From an uncultured Rickettsiales bacterium (GTDB taxonomy: Bacteria; Margulisbacteria; Marinamargulisbacteria; GCA-2716485; CAZIFG01), in NCBI GenBank assembly GCA_964539135.1, contig CAZIFG010000001.1:1251-65250 (forward strand): a stretch of DNA of 64,000 bases, in the 5' to 3' direction. Position numbers and translations under genes: made by a program. Each line of letters starts with the position of its first letter. Within the stretch, counting starts at the first letter, position 1. A model generated the notes under the pieces. That model had not been told where the DNA came from. It searched no databases and saw only the letters and a list, made by a program, of their open reading frames with translations. Below are positions 18,184-27,915 of the stretch, one piece after another.

Positions 18184-18341
18184 AGAATTGCTGTTAAAAT
18201 AATGATGAACAAAATCCCCAAAATAACCGCAAGGATCATGATTTGTGCTTTTTGTTTTGTCTTGAAATTTTCAGTGGCGCGAAGCTCTGATTCTATTCGG
18301 GCTTCGTAGTTTTCAATTTGTTGTTCAAATTTATCTTTCAT
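18180..18341 (-). CDS. Unlisted 53-aa ORF encoding a C-terminally membrane-anchored small protein
   Basis: My own translation is MKDKFEQQIENYEARIESELRATENFKTKQKAQIMILAVILGILFIIILTAIL. It starts 6 nt after the infA stop and fills the gap to tsaB. Confidence 0.35.
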   Translation of the reverse strand: MKDKFEQQIENYEARIESELRATENFKTKQKAQIMILAVILGILFIIILTAIL

Positions 18342-18346
18342 AGCGC

Positions 18347-18565
18347 TTATTTTGCCCTAAATGTAATGCGGCCTCTTGTTAAGTCGTAAGGGGATAATTC
18401 TACTTTGACTTTGTCGCCCAATAAAATTCGGATATAATTTTTTCGCATTCTGCCTGAGATATGGGCTAAAATAATCTGACCGGTCTCTATTTCAACTCGA
18501 AACTGAGCATTTGGAAGAGATTCTATGATTTTACCTTCAACTTCAATTGTGTCATTACCTGCCAT
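18347..18565 (-). CDS. infA: Translation initiation factor IF-1
   Basis: 72-aa S1-like protein: [25 protein letters not shown]...[32 protein letters not shown]. The longer 128-aa track ORF is an artefact of the upstream element. Confidence 0.9.
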   Translation of the reverse strand: MAGNDTIEVEGKIIESLPNAQFRVEIETGQIILAHISGRMRKNYIRILLGDKVKVELSPYDLTRGRITFRAK

Positions 18566-18621
18566 GATAGAATATATCCTATCACGGGTAGGGCGTTTGT
18601 AGAAGGGGGGTTTTTTTGGGG

Positions 18622-18757
18622 GGGGCTGTTGCAAAATGCCTATTTTGCCCATCTGCTGTGTTATCCTCGTTCTTAAGCCCTCATTTTCACATATAAGGGC
18701 TTTCAGACTCGGAATGCCTTGCAGCTGATCCAAACGTAGGCATTTTGCAACAGCCCC
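18622..18757 (+). mobile_element. Palindromic miniature element, copy 3 (136 bp, 6-nt central deletion), in the infA upstream region
   Basis: Perfect 21-bp terminal inverted repeats (GGGGCTGTTGCAAAATGCCTA / TAGGCATTTTGCAACAGCCCC). The left boundary is blurred by a G-run. Confidence 0.85.
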
Positions 18758-18767
18758 TTTTTTGAAC

Positions 18768-19544
18768 TTATCTGGTTATTTCCAGTTCTACTACCTCGAT
18801 ATTTTGTGTGAGGATGTTTAATTTGGCACCCAGGGTATTGTGTGAAAATCGACGTTGAATGTCTTCCCAAATGAGGGTGTTGTCGTCATAAATAGCGCCA
18901 CTGACTGTGATTTCAATGGGACTTGTAGGGGGTGTTTGGTGGTTGTTTTTGGAGAGGGAATAAATGGTTTGAAGTCCTAGGCGTTTGAGAGGGTCTATTT
19001 CTTCTTTTTTGAACTCGTTTTCTTTTATTTTTAGGATGCAGGTATAAGTTCGATCTGGTTTTGGATGTCTCACCGATTCGCTGTCTAAAATATCGTTTGC
19101 TTCGAGTAGGGCATTTAATCGTGTGCTGTTAAATTGAATGTTTGCGGTGAGGATGATGGCGCCAAATGTTTCTAAAAAGGTTTTGGATTCAATGTTTAAG
19201 GATGCGACGCTGGCGCTGAGTTGTGGCATGAGGTCTTTTTTAAGGGCTTCAAATCGGGATTTTTCATCAGGTGTGATGAGTAAGGGGGGCAATGCCTGAT
19301 ATAAAATGTACTGGAATCCTTTTTCTGTGGCATCTTCCAGTGCTTTCTTTTCACCGATTTCAAGGCATTCTTTTTTTTGTTTGGATCGGGATGTTTGTGT
19401 AGACTGAAATTGACCTCTTATTTTTAAGGTGATGCCTTTTTGTTTTTCTGTGACCGTATTTGGAAGTGTTTGGGCACTTGTCCATGATATCATACTGAAT
19501 AGCCATAGACAGAGAATCCATCTGATTTTCTGTCGTTTATCCAT
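18768..19544 (-). CDS. Secreted hypothetical protein
   Basis: Signal-peptide-like N-terminus ([17 protein letters not shown]). No recognisable motifs. Start uncertain. Confidence 0.45.
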   Translation of the reverse strand: MDKRQKIRWILCLWLFSMISWTSAQTLPNTVTEKQKGITLKIRGQFQSTQTSRSKQKKECLEIGEKKALEDATEKGFQYILYQALPPLLITPDEKSRFEALKKDLMPQLSASVASLNIESKTFLETFGAIILTANIQFNSTRLNALLEANDILDSESVRHPKPDRTYTCILKIKENEFKKEEIDPLKRLGLQTIYSLSKNNHQTPPTSPIEITVSGAIYDDNTLIWEDIQRRFSHNTLGAKLNILTQNIEVVELEITR

Positions 19545-22122
19545 TGAGTATCGTTTCAACAACTTCAAAGGTGTTTTTTGAGAGTCCTTCTGTTTGATGC
19601 AGTTTTTCCAGTTCTTGCTTGATTAAGGCTTGATAGTGTTTTTCCAGTTGGGGATATAGTTTGTAGGCATTTGCTAAACGGGATCCCATGCTGGGGTTAA
19701 AGGTATCTATGTCTGTAATGGCGTTTGCCAATAAGGTGTATCCTGACCCATCTTTTGCATGAAAATGGGGTAGATTGGCTGCAAAACTTCCATATAAAGC
19801 GCGAATTTTATTGGGATTTTCTGCGTTAAAGGCAGGGTTTTGAGCTAATTCTATGAGTTTGGTTTTGACCTTCGGAGTGTTGGCGCTCATTTGTAAGGTA
19901 AACCATTTGTTCATGACTAAAGGATCGTCTTTAAATTCATCATAAAAGGTGGTTAAGGCAGCGTCGCATTCTGAACTGTTTGTTGTTAACAGCGCGTTGA
20001 GAGCCGCTATTTTATCGGTCATGTTGGTGGCGGTTTTAAATTGTGTATAGGCAAGATCGATGTAATCGCATCCCAGGTGAACACAATAATAGAGACAGAT
20101 ATTTTTGAGTCTGCGTTTTGAGATGGCTTCTGGAGATAGCGTGTAGGGTTCTGAGACGTTTAGGGCTTTATAGTGTTTGTAAAACAAAGGGCCATGGGTG
20201 TTTGCCAGTGTCATAAAAATAGACTCCCGGGCTTCCGATAGGCCTTGGATGTCTATAGGCGTGCTTTGTTTATTGATGATCAATTGTAGACTGGGGATGC
20301 TTAGCTTTTCTACGGTAATACTGGGATTGGCACTTTTTTCTAATTCTTGGCCTAAGGCATTTAAGGCATATGAGGATAGGGTTTCTGTGTTTCCTTCATA
20401 TCGATTTTGGATGGATCGGTAGTAGAGTTCTTGACTGGCTTCAATCTGATTAAAGGCGTTGGGGGCTTGGTTGAGCAATTGGCATAGCTCTTTTTCTTCG
20501 TAGGGATAAATGACATTAACAGGGGCTGAGAAGTCTTGATTTAGAGAGGGAATAGGCTTGCTTTTAATATTTTTAAAGGAGAAACTTTGGGATTCCTCTT
20601 TTATAATCAGGGTTTCATTGGCTAAGACTTCCCCTGTTTTTGAGAGGAGTCCTACTGAAAACGGAAAGTAAAAAGGCGCTTTTTGTTTGCTTTCTTTTGT
20701 AGGTCGGCAGTTTTGTGTCACGTTTAATTCGTACGTTTGTGTGATCTCATTGTAATGATCGGTTACGGTACAGACAGGGGTTCCTGCTTGGCAATACCAT
20801 CGTTTAAAGGCGGTGAGATCATGCCCGGAAGCTTCTTCCATGACAGCTAGAAAGTCTTCGGTTGTAACGGCTTGACCATCGTGTTTTTTAACATATAAGG
20901 CCATGCCTTTTTGAAAGGATTTTTCCCCAATTAAGGTATGGATCATTCGAATGATTTCAGATCCTTTTTCGTAGACGGTACTGGTGTAAAAGTTATTGAT
21001 TTCAATGAAGGATTCTGGTCGAATGGGATGGGCCATGGGACTTGCGTCTTCTGCAAATTGATGATGACGGAGTCTTTGTACATTTTTAAGCCTTTCAATG
21101 GTTCTGTCATTTAAATCTGATGAAAATTCTTGGTCTCTAAAGACGGTGAGACCCTCTTTGAGCGTGAGTTGAAACCAGTCTCTACAGGTTATGCGATTGC
21201 CGGTCCAGTTGTGAAAATATTCATGACCAATAACGGCTTCAATGCCCATAAAATCTTGATCTGTTGCGGTTTTTGGGTTTGCCAGGACGTAATGGGTATT
21301 AAAAATATTTAAGCCCTTGTTTTCCATGGCACCCATGTTAAAGGCATCTACGGCCACGATCATAAAGAGATCGAGGTCATATTCTAAGTTAAATCGATCT
21401 TCGTCCCATTTCATGGATTTTTTTAAAGAAGTCATGGCGTGATCGCACTTGGATTCATTGCCGTGATCTACATAAATTTCTAAGGTGATCTTTTTACCGG
21501 ATTTGGTTACAAAATGATCTGTTTTTTTTGCTAGGTCCCCTGCGACAACGGCAAAAAGATAGGCGGGTTTTGGAAAGGGATCTTCCCATGTGATGGCATG
21601 CCGGTTGTTGTCCAATATTTCTTTTTTTTGGGGATTTCCATTGGATAAGAGATACGGGTATCGTGTTTTATCTGCGGTGAGTCGTGTTGTAAAGACGCTC
21701 ATAATATCGGGTCTATCTATAAAATAGGTGATACGACGAAATCCTTCAGGTTCATTTTGAGAACAGATGATGTTTCCAGATTGATAAATACCTTCTAAAG
21801 CTAAATTTTTATGAGGTTCAATTTTTGTGGTGATTTCTAAGGTTATGGGGGTGTTTTCTGGGGGGAAGCATAGCTGCGTTTCTGTGAGCGTATATTCATT
21901 GGAATTTAGGCGCTGGCCATTTTTTTTAACAGAAAGGAGTTCGAGTGTTTCACCATTTAATGAAATCGGGGGGGCTTGGGGGCTTTTGTCATTGGGTATT
22001 AGTGTGAAAGTGCTTTTGACGATGGCATGGTCTTCTATAAATTCAATGTCTAAATTTATTTTTGGGATGGTGTAACTTGGAGCTTGATAGTCTTTTAAAT
22101 ACGTTGTTTTTGGTTTTTTCAT
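19537..22122 (-). CDS. pepN: Aminopeptidase N (M1 family)
   Basis: GAMENKGLNIF exopeptidase motif and HEYFHNWTGNR...E zinc site, 861 aa. Confidence 0.9.
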   Translation of the reverse strand: MKKPKTTYLKDYQAPSYTIPKINLDIEFIEDHAIVKSTFTLIPNDKSPQAPPISLNGETLELLSVKKNGQRLNSNEYTLTETQLCFPPENTPITLEITTKIEPHKNLALEGIYQSGNIICSQNEPEGFRRITYFIDRPDIMSVFTTRLTADKTRYPYLLSNGNPQKKEILDNNRHAITWEDPFPKPAYLFAVVAGDLAKKTDHFVTKSGKKITLEIYVDHGNESKCDHAMTSLKKSMKWDEDRFNLEYDLDLFMIVAVDAFNMGAMENKGLNIFNTHYVLANPKTATDQDFMGIEAVIGHEYFHNWTGNRITCRDWFQLTLKEGLTVFRDQEFSSDLNDRTIERLKNVQRLRHHQFAEDASPMAHPIRPESFIEINNFYTSTVYEKGSEIIRMIHTLIGEKSFQKGMALYVKKHDGQAVTTEDFLAVMEEASGHDLTAFKRWYCQAGTPVCTVTDHYNEITQTYELNVTQNCRPTKESKQKAPFYFPFSVGLLSKTGEVLANETLIIKEESQSFSFKNIKSKPIPSLNQDFSAPVNVIYPYEEKELCQLLNQAPNAFNQIEASQELYYRSIQNRYEGNTETLSSYALNALGQELEKSANPSITVEKLSIPSLQLIINKQSTPIDIQGLSEARESIFMTLANTHGPLFYKHYKALNVSEPYTLSPEAISKRRLKNICLYYCVHLGCDYIDLAYTQFKTATNMTDKIAALNALLTTNSSECDAALTTFYDEFKDDPLVMNKWFTLQMSANTPKVKTKLIELAQNPAFNAENPNKIRALYGSFAANLPHFHAKDGSGYTLLANAITDIDTFNPSMGSRLANAYKLYPQLEKHYQALIKQELEKLHQTEGLSKNTFEVVETILNG

Positions 22123-22131
22123 CTGTGTATT

Positions 22132-22626
22132 TTAACGGCTTACTTCGGCCTTGGAAAGGTGTTTTTCACTATCAAGCAAGTGTTTTTTGATCTCTTGACC
22201 GTTTTCTTTTGTCTCTCCACATGAATATTGACCTATTCCGCCTGACTTCGGCACAACACGATGACAGGGGAAATAAAGAGGGAAGGGATTGTTGGCAAGT
22301 GCTGTTCCTACGGCTCTTGCAGCTTTTGGCATTCCGATATTTTGTGCAATTTCAGCATAATATCGAGTTTCACCTAAGGGGATTTGAGAGACTTCCTCTA
22401 AGACTTTTTTTTGAAATGGCGTTAGACGTGTTGTATCGATGATTTGGTTTTTTAATGCCCCTACAAGGATGCTTAAGGAGACTGGGCCATTTTCTGATGG
22501 AGATAGCTGTATTCTAATTACTTCTCCTTTTGCATTATAAGACCATTTTATATCTAGGGACTGTTGCAAAACGCCTATTTTGGCCATCTTCTGTGTTATC
22601 CTTGTCCTCAAGTCCTCATTTATCAT
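22132..22626 (-). CDS. ogt: Methylated-DNA--protein-cysteine methyltransferase; its present start codon and first 24 codons lie inside an element copy
   Basis: Active site PCHRVV and helix-turn-helix YAEIAQNIG..KAARAVG. See the finding on the interrupted 5' end. Confidence 0.75.
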   Translation of the reverse strand: MINEDLRTRITQKMAKIGVLQQSLDIKWSYNAKGEVIRIQLSPSENGPVSLSILVGALKNQIIDTTRLTPFQKKVLEEVSQIPLGETRYYAEIAQNIGMPKAARAVGTALANNPFPLYFPCHRVVPKSGGIGQYSCGETKENGQEIKKHLLDSEKHLSKAEVSR

Positions 22627-22698
22627 CTATAAATTCCGGGCTTTCAGACTTGGAATGCCTTGTATATGATCCAAACGTAAGCATTTTGCAACAGTTCT
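22557..22698 (+). mobile_element. Palindromic miniature element, copy 4 (142 bp), inserted in the 5' end of ogt
   Basis: Full-length family match, flanked by ATCTA at 22552-22556 and 22699-22703. Confidence 0.85.
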
Positions 22699-22838
22699 AT
22701 CTATATTTAATAGGGAATTCTGGTTTTTCATGGCATTATTATAACATGATTTCTTTATTTTTATATTTTTTGATTTTTTATATTTAATGTTGTTTATTTT
22801 TATTTTATTTTTTAAATTTATGTGGTATATTTTGGCTC

Positions 22839-23768
22839 ATGAAAAAAATAATTGCTTCTGTTCCGGCTCGTTTTATAGCGGTTCTTCCTCATCATAAGCC
22901 GTTTTCTAAGGATTATTTCCAGTGGTATCGTTTTAAGTTTTTGCCTGCGGATTTTTTTACTACGCCTTTGTATGATTCTACGAGTTACCAAGGCGATCGT
23001 ATTTATGCCTTTCTTTCTGATCTTTCTCATTTGGATCCTCCTGACCTTCTGGCTCTGTTTCCTTCTAAAATAGAGATGACTCCGAAGGAAACTGTTGCCT
23101 TTTTATCTCATTTATTTAAACAGGGTGCTTTAGAGGCGGCAGGTTCTTTTTTAAAAATTGTGTCTATTTTAGATCCGGGGCAGTTTAAGCTTTGGTTTAA
23201 ACCGGATCATTCTCTTTCACCTTCTTCTTTCTCACTTGTTTCTTTTTTATACACTTCTATTTTTGAGGTTTCTAATATTCGAACCCCAGAGTCTAAAATG
23301 ACGGCTATGCATCAGGTATTGAGTTATATGCCGCGTGAAATTTTGACGACTTCTACGCTTAAGGAGGTGTATTTGAAACTTCAGTCGATCCATGCCGTTT
23401 TTGGCGCAGAGATTGTGGATGCTCAACTTAAAGCATTCAATGCTATTTTGGCTCAACATGGATTTACGCCGATTTCATTTCCTACTTTTTCACCTCCAAA
23501 GCCTGTTGTTCCAGAGCTTGTATTGCTGAAAGGGGATATTTTTTCTACTCCTCGTTTTGGTTCTGATACGGATTTAAACTCTAAGGCGAAGCCTCTTTGT
23601 ACTAGTAGGATTAAATTTTCTGATCTTCCTTCTTCTGACTGGATCCCGGGGGTGGGGGAGGGGAAGCGCGCTAAAGTGACGGTTCTTCCTCCTTCAACAG
23701 AGGGTTCTCCTAAGAATTTTAATGAGGGCGATTTCATGGATGATATTGGTTTCCCTTCCTCCCCCTAG
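22839..23768 (+). CDS. Hypothetical protein (309 aa), Ser/Pro-rich C-terminus
   Basis: Long ORF preceded by a very AT-rich 140-bp region. No recognisable motifs. Confidence 0.45.
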   Translation: MKKIIASVPARFIAVLPHHKPFSKDYFQWYRFKFLPADFFTTPLYDSTSYQGDRIYAFLSDLSHLDPPDLLALFPSKIEMTPKETVAFLSHLFKQGALEAAGSFLKIVSILDPGQFKLWFKPDHSLSPSSFSLVSFLYTSIFEVSNIRTPESKMTAMHQVLSYMPREILTTSTLKEVYLKLQSIHAVFGAEIVDAQLKAFNAILAQHGFTPISFPTFSPPKPVVPELVLLKGDIFSTPRFGSDTDLNSKAKPLCTSRIKFSDLPSSDWIPGVGEGKRAKVTVLPPSTEGSPKNFNEGDFMDDIGFPSSP

Positions 23769-23806
23769 ATTTTATGGATGCTTAAAAAGTGGGACTGGTG
23801 GAGGAA

Positions 23807-25345
23807 TTATAACAGGGAGAGGCCTTCTTTTGCCCATGTGTAGTTTGGATTTAGTTTTAAGGCCAGTTTGAATTGTAGTTCGGCTTCTTTTTTTTCGTTT
23901 AATACATAGTGGCACAACCCAATATTATAATGGTGGGCTTCATCTTCTAATTCGAATAAGGTCATCGATTTTTTATAGCATTCCATTGCGTGTGTATACT
24001 CTGAAATTAAATAATAGAGTCGCCCAATTTCAAAGAGTTGGTGTACTTTATTTGGAAAGATATAAACCTGAGCTTCGGCGAGTTTTAAACCTCTTTGTAA
24101 TATGCTTTGGTCCCGAAGTGTGATGGTTTGAATTTTTTTATTTAATACTTCGGATAGGGAAAATAGTACTTCTGGGTCCCAATAGGCTAAATCTAAAAGG
24201 GTGTAGAGCTCGTCTGGGGTATGATTTTCGGCTTGTTTTAATAGGATGTTTTTTAATAAAATAAAGGATTCTGGGGGCATTCTATTATTGAGTAAATTAA
24301 AGATGTGATTTGTTTTTGGGTAATTTTCTTTTGAATGTGTCCAGAATAAACATACTTTTAATCCTGCATTTTCTGTGGGGAGATGACTTTGCCCCCCTTT
24401 TAAGTGGATATATTTTGAGAGGGCATCAAAATTTGTCATCAGTGAAAAGCTGCCGTGAAAGGCAATGTGAACTTGTTTGATGTCTTCAAAGTTTTGTTCG
24501 TTAATATGGCCTTTGTCCGCAGAGATTATAAAGGCCCCTTGTTTGGATAGCGAGGCTAGATGATCTATACATTGAACACCGCCAATGGGGATAATAAATG
24601 TCGCTGATTTTAAGGTGTTTTTGTAGTTTTCAAGAACAGCATTGAGTGGCTCATTCTTATAATACTCTGTATTAATGGGCTTAAAATCGAAGTGATGCTT
24701 TAGGGGATCCATTGAAATGACACCCTTTTTTTTACAATTACTTTTAGGTGAGGATGTTGTGATCAGTCCCTCGTAGAGGGTATGGTTTTCGACTTTAAAC
24801 GCATCGTGAGGGATGGTGTCAAAGAGATAATTTGAAATGACAATGAGTGGATTTTTTCGGCTGTTTGAGTCTAAAATTTCGCCACTGTATTTTAGCTTTA
24901 TCGGATGTGTTTGATAGCAGTCATATTTAGCGTAATCTAAAAGACCTTTTTCTTGAAAGTGCTTTAATTGAGGCTGTTTTTCCCAATAGGAGATAATTCT
25001 TTCTGTGAAATCGGTCATGACATATTGAAACTTTAAATGTTCTAGTCCAAATGTGTGTCTTAAGGTGTCTAGGTGTGTGAGACATAAAAATGAAAATTTG
25101 CCAGACCCACTGCCTAATTCTATGCAGGTAATGGCTTCTTTGGGGTCTATGATGCCCCTTTCAATGCTTTCTTGAATGTAGGTGATGATGGTATTGGCGT
25201 AGGTTGTTGCGATGACGCTGTTGCTTGTGACATAAAAGGGCACAGCGCCTTTCCAAGAATCAATGCCTTTTTCATTAAAATAATCTTGCTGAAATTGCCA
25301 AATTTTGGAGTGCGATAAGCGTTGTTTTTTTTCCAGTTCTTTCAT
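23807..25345 (-). CDS. Putative SAM-dependent methyltransferase (MidA/NDUFAF7-like fold) fused to C-terminal TPR repeats
   Basis: IELGSGSGKFSF glycine-rich SAM loop, VISNYLFDTIPHDAF (resembles the ANEFFDALP motif of the family), TPR-like C-terminus. Confidence 0.5.
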   Translation of the reverse strand: MKELEKKQRLSHSKIWQFQQDYFNEKGIDSWKGAVPFYVTSNSVIATTYANTIITYIQESIERGIIDPKEAITCIELGSGSGKFSFLCLTHLDTLRHTFGLEHLKFQYVMTDFTERIISYWEKQPQLKHFQEKGLLDYAKYDCYQTHPIKLKYSGEILDSNSRKNPLIVISNYLFDTIPHDAFKVENHTLYEGLITTSSPKSNCKKKGVISMDPLKHHFDFKPINTEYYKNEPLNAVLENYKNTLKSATFIIPIGGVQCIDHLASLSKQGAFIISADKGHINEQNFEDIKQVHIAFHGSFSLMTNFDALSKYIHLKGGQSHLPTENAGLKVCLFWTHSKENYPKTNHIFNLLNNRMPPESFILLKNILLKQAENHTPDELYTLLDLAYWDPEVLFSLSEVLNKKIQTITLRDQSILQRGLKLAEAQVYIFPNKVHQLFEIGRLYYLISEYTHAMECYKKSMTLFELEDEAHHYNIGLCHYVLNEKKEAELQFKLALKLNPNYTWAKEGLSLL

Positions 25346-25467
25346 GATTCTGATTTACCCTTTTTGTGTCTGTTTAAACCTTGGGACGGGAGATGATTTT
25401 CTTGGATGTGGTCATGCCTGTCTTTTTTACAGTATACTGTGTTTTATTTTTTATTTGGAGGACTTTT

Positions 25468-26022
25468 ATGATTCGGGCCGCTATTCTTTTAGCCGATGGA
25501 TTTGAAGATATTGAAGCCTTTGCTGTTATTGATATTTTAAGACGTGCTGGGGCTTTACTTTCTATAGTGGGTGTTTCGGCTTTAGGGGTACGCTCAAAAT
25601 TGAATGTTCGGGTTCATGCTGAACTGACTTTAGATGCAATTTCAGACACCTTGTTTGATCTTCTTATTTTGCCAGGGGGCGGTGAGGGCGTTCAGCATTT
25701 ATCTGAAAACGCAGCTGTTCGTGCGTGTATTGCCTTGCATGATGCACATCGCAAATGGATTGCGGCTATTTGTGCGGCGCCTACTTTATTAGAATCGATG
25801 GGTCTGTTAAGGGGACGTATGGCAACCTCGTATCCCTCTCTTAAATACAGGTTTCAAACCTGTATTTATGCTGAAACATCGGTGGTGTGTTCGGATCATA
25901 TTATTACTTCAAGAGGGCCTGGGACGACCTTTGAGTTTGCTTATTTTTTAGTCGAAAAATTATATTCTAAAGCCTTCTCCGATGCTTTGAAACATGAAAT
26001 GGTTTTTGAACAGAAAGTTTAA
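25468..26022 (+). CDS. DJ-1/PfpI family protein
   Basis: ILLADGFEDIE, nucleophile elbow AAICAAP. GGAGGA lies 6 nt upstream of the ATG at 25468. Confidence 0.8.
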   Translation: MIRAAILLADGFEDIEAFAVIDILRRAGALLSIVGVSALGVRSKLNVRVHAELTLDAISDTLFDLLILPGGGEGVQHLSENAAVRACIALHDAHRKWIAAICAAPTLLESMGLLRGRMATSYPSLKYRFQTCIYAETSVVCSDHIITSRGPGTTFEFAYFLVEKLYSKAFSDALKHEMVFEQKV

Positions 26023-26026
26023 GCGA

Positions 26027-26452
26027 TTAAACGCCTTTTTGATGTACAAATAAGAGGGTTGTGTGTTGGATTTTTTTGATCATGGCAAAAAAACCATTGG
26101 TTCTACTGGGGCTTAAATGTTGGTCCAATTCCAATTCCGCAAAAAGACTTTGGATATCTAAGGTGATGATTTCTTTGGGCGTTTTATTTTGCAGGGCGCT
26201 TAGGATTACGGCAATAAGTCCTTTTACAATACTGGCATCGCTGTCTGCTATGAATTCAGGATTTTCGGCCTCTGGATTTTTAACTACAATCCATACATTA
26301 CTCATGCATCCCAATACTTTATTTTCGGCTGTTTTTTCTGTTTCAGGGAAAGGAGGGAGTTGCTTTCCAATTTGAATGAGATATTTAAATCGGTCATCCC
26401 AATGATTGAGGGCGCGAAAATTGGCTTTAATTTGATCTAAATGAGGTAACAT
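26027..26452 (-). CDS. sufE: SufE-like cysteine desulfuration (sulfur acceptor) protein
   Basis: LGCMSNVWI active-site Cys context, 141 aa. The start ATG overlaps the hemB stop (TAATG). Confidence 0.75.
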   Translation of the reverse strand: MLPHLDQIKANFRALNHWDDRFKYLIQIGKQLPPFPETEKTAENKVLGCMSNVWIVVKNPEAENPEFIADSDASIVKGLIAVILSALQNKTPKEIITLDIQSLFAELELDQHLSPSRTNGFFAMIKKIQHTTLLFVHQKGV

Positions 26453-27417
26453 TAGAGTCTTTTTGCAATTTCTAGGGCGGCGTAAGTAAAAATCATGCTG
26501 GCGCCTGCTCGTTTTAAACATAGGAGAGATTCTTGCATGATGGCGTTTGCTTGTTCTTGGGTATGTGTTGGATTCATGATCATGCTGTATTCGCCGCTGA
26601 CTTGATAGGCAGCGATGGGAAGAGTGCATGTGTTTGCGAGCTCTCTGATAATATCAAGGTAAAAAATACCTGGTTTTATCATGAGTATGTCAGCGCCTTC
26701 TTGGATATCCAATTGACATTCTCTTTGGGCTTCGAGTCTATTTGCTGGATTCATTTGATAGGTTTTTTTATCGCCTTCTCGGGGTTCCGAATTTAAGGCA
26801 TCTCTAAAAGGACCGTATAAACTCGAACAATATTTAGCTGCATACGACATGATGAGTGTCTTTTCCTGTTGATTCTGATCCAGTGCGCTTCTAATCGCAG
26901 CCACGCGGCCATCCATCATGTCGGAGGGGGCTACAATATCAGATCCGGCTTCTGCTTGTAAGACAGCCATTTCAGCTAGTATTTCAACGGTTTCATCATT
27001 GAGAATGTTTCCGTTTTTAACTAAGCCATCGTGGCCATCGCTGGAATATGGGTCTAGCGCAATATCCGAAATGACCAGAAGGTCTGGAATAGTATCTTTA
27101 ATCGCACGGATTGTTCTGCAGGTTAAGTTGTTTGGGTTGAGGGCTTCGTTTGCGTTGGGACTTTTGAGTTTATCTTCGATGACAGGAAAGATGGCAATAC
27201 CTGAGATGCCTGCTTTTTGAGCCTCTTTACTGATTTTGATCAGATCGTTTAACGAATATCGAAAACATCCGGGCATGCTTTGAATGGGGGTTGATTTTGG
27301 GCCTTCCTGCACAAAAAGAGGCAGAATTAGATCTTCGGGATGCAGGTGTGTTTCTTGAACTAAATGGCGTATAGCTGGATTTTGTCTTAGTCGTCTTGGA
27401 CGGTGTAAAAGGGTCAT
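26452..27417 (-). CDS. hemB: Porphobilinogen synthase (delta-aminolevulinate dehydratase), Asp-rich zinc-independent type
   Basis: RPRRLR and [14 protein letters not shown] (rather than the Cys-rich DxCxCxY..GHCG). Full length of 321 aa. Confidence 0.95.
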   Translation of the reverse strand: MTLLHRPRRLRQNPAIRHLVQETHLHPEDLILPLFVQEGPKSTPIQSMPGCFRYSLNDLIKISKEAQKAGISGIAIFPVIEDKLKSPNANEALNPNNLTCRTIRAIKDTIPDLLVISDIALDPYSSDGHDGLVKNGNILNDETVEILAEMAVLQAEAGSDIVAPSDMMDGRVAAIRSALDQNQQEKTLIMSYAAKYCSSLYGPFRDALNSEPREGDKKTYQMNPANRLEAQRECQLDIQEGADILMIKPGIFYLDIIRELANTCTLPIAAYQVSGEYSMIMNPTHTQEQANAIMQESLLCLKRAGASMIFTYAALEIAKRL

Positions 27418-27893
27418 AATTGAGTTGGGTTGGGGGCGTCCCCATAGATCTCTTTAGGGTCAAAGACTTTGTGACTTTCTTCGTAGTGTAAGCGAGGCTG
27501 TTCTGTGAGTTGGGCACCTGTTGGAATGCTTCTGTAAAAACAGGATCTATATCCTACATGGCAACTGGCGGCTAATCCTTGGACTTCTACTCTGAGCCAG
27601 ATACAATCTTGGTCATCGTCAATTCGACATTCTTTAATGCGTTGTATGAGACCACTTGTTTTGCCTTTGTGCCACAGCGCTTGTCTGCTCCGACTATAAT
27701 AGACCGCTTCTCCGGATTCTAAGGTTTGAACCAGTGCTTCCTCATTCATGTAGCCATGCATGAGGAGTTCTCCGCTATGGTAGTCGGTTGTTACAACGGG
27801 GATGAGGCCTTTTTCGTCAAATTTTGGCGCTAAATCGAAGCCTTCTTCTACTTGTTCTACGCTGATTCTTTTTTCAAAATAGGGCTTGGTCAT
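27414..27893 (-). CDS. hisI: Phosphoribosyl-AMP cyclohydrolase (stand-alone HisI domain with a C-terminal extension)
   Basis: GLIPVVTTD...[11 protein letters not shown]...[16 protein letters not shown]......I..DDDQD....V......SCH.GY.SCF. The track ORF is trimmed at the tRNA. Confidence 0.8.
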   Translation of the reverse strand: MTKPYFEKRISVEQVEEGFDLAPKFDEKGLIPVVTTDYHSGELLMHGYMNEEALVQTLESGEAVYYSRSRQALWHKGKTSGLIQRIKECRIDDDQDCIWLRVEVQGLAASCHVGYRSCFYRSIPTGAQLTEQPRLHYEESHKVFDPKEIYGDAPNPTQL

Positions 27894-27915
27894 GACGGTT
27901 TCCTTGCTTCTTACG

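Noticed and set aside
26453-26629. N-terminal 59 codons of track ORF 26027..26629
   Set aside because: They overlap the 3' end of hemB in another frame. SufE homology begins at the ATG at 26452, which overlaps the hemB stop.
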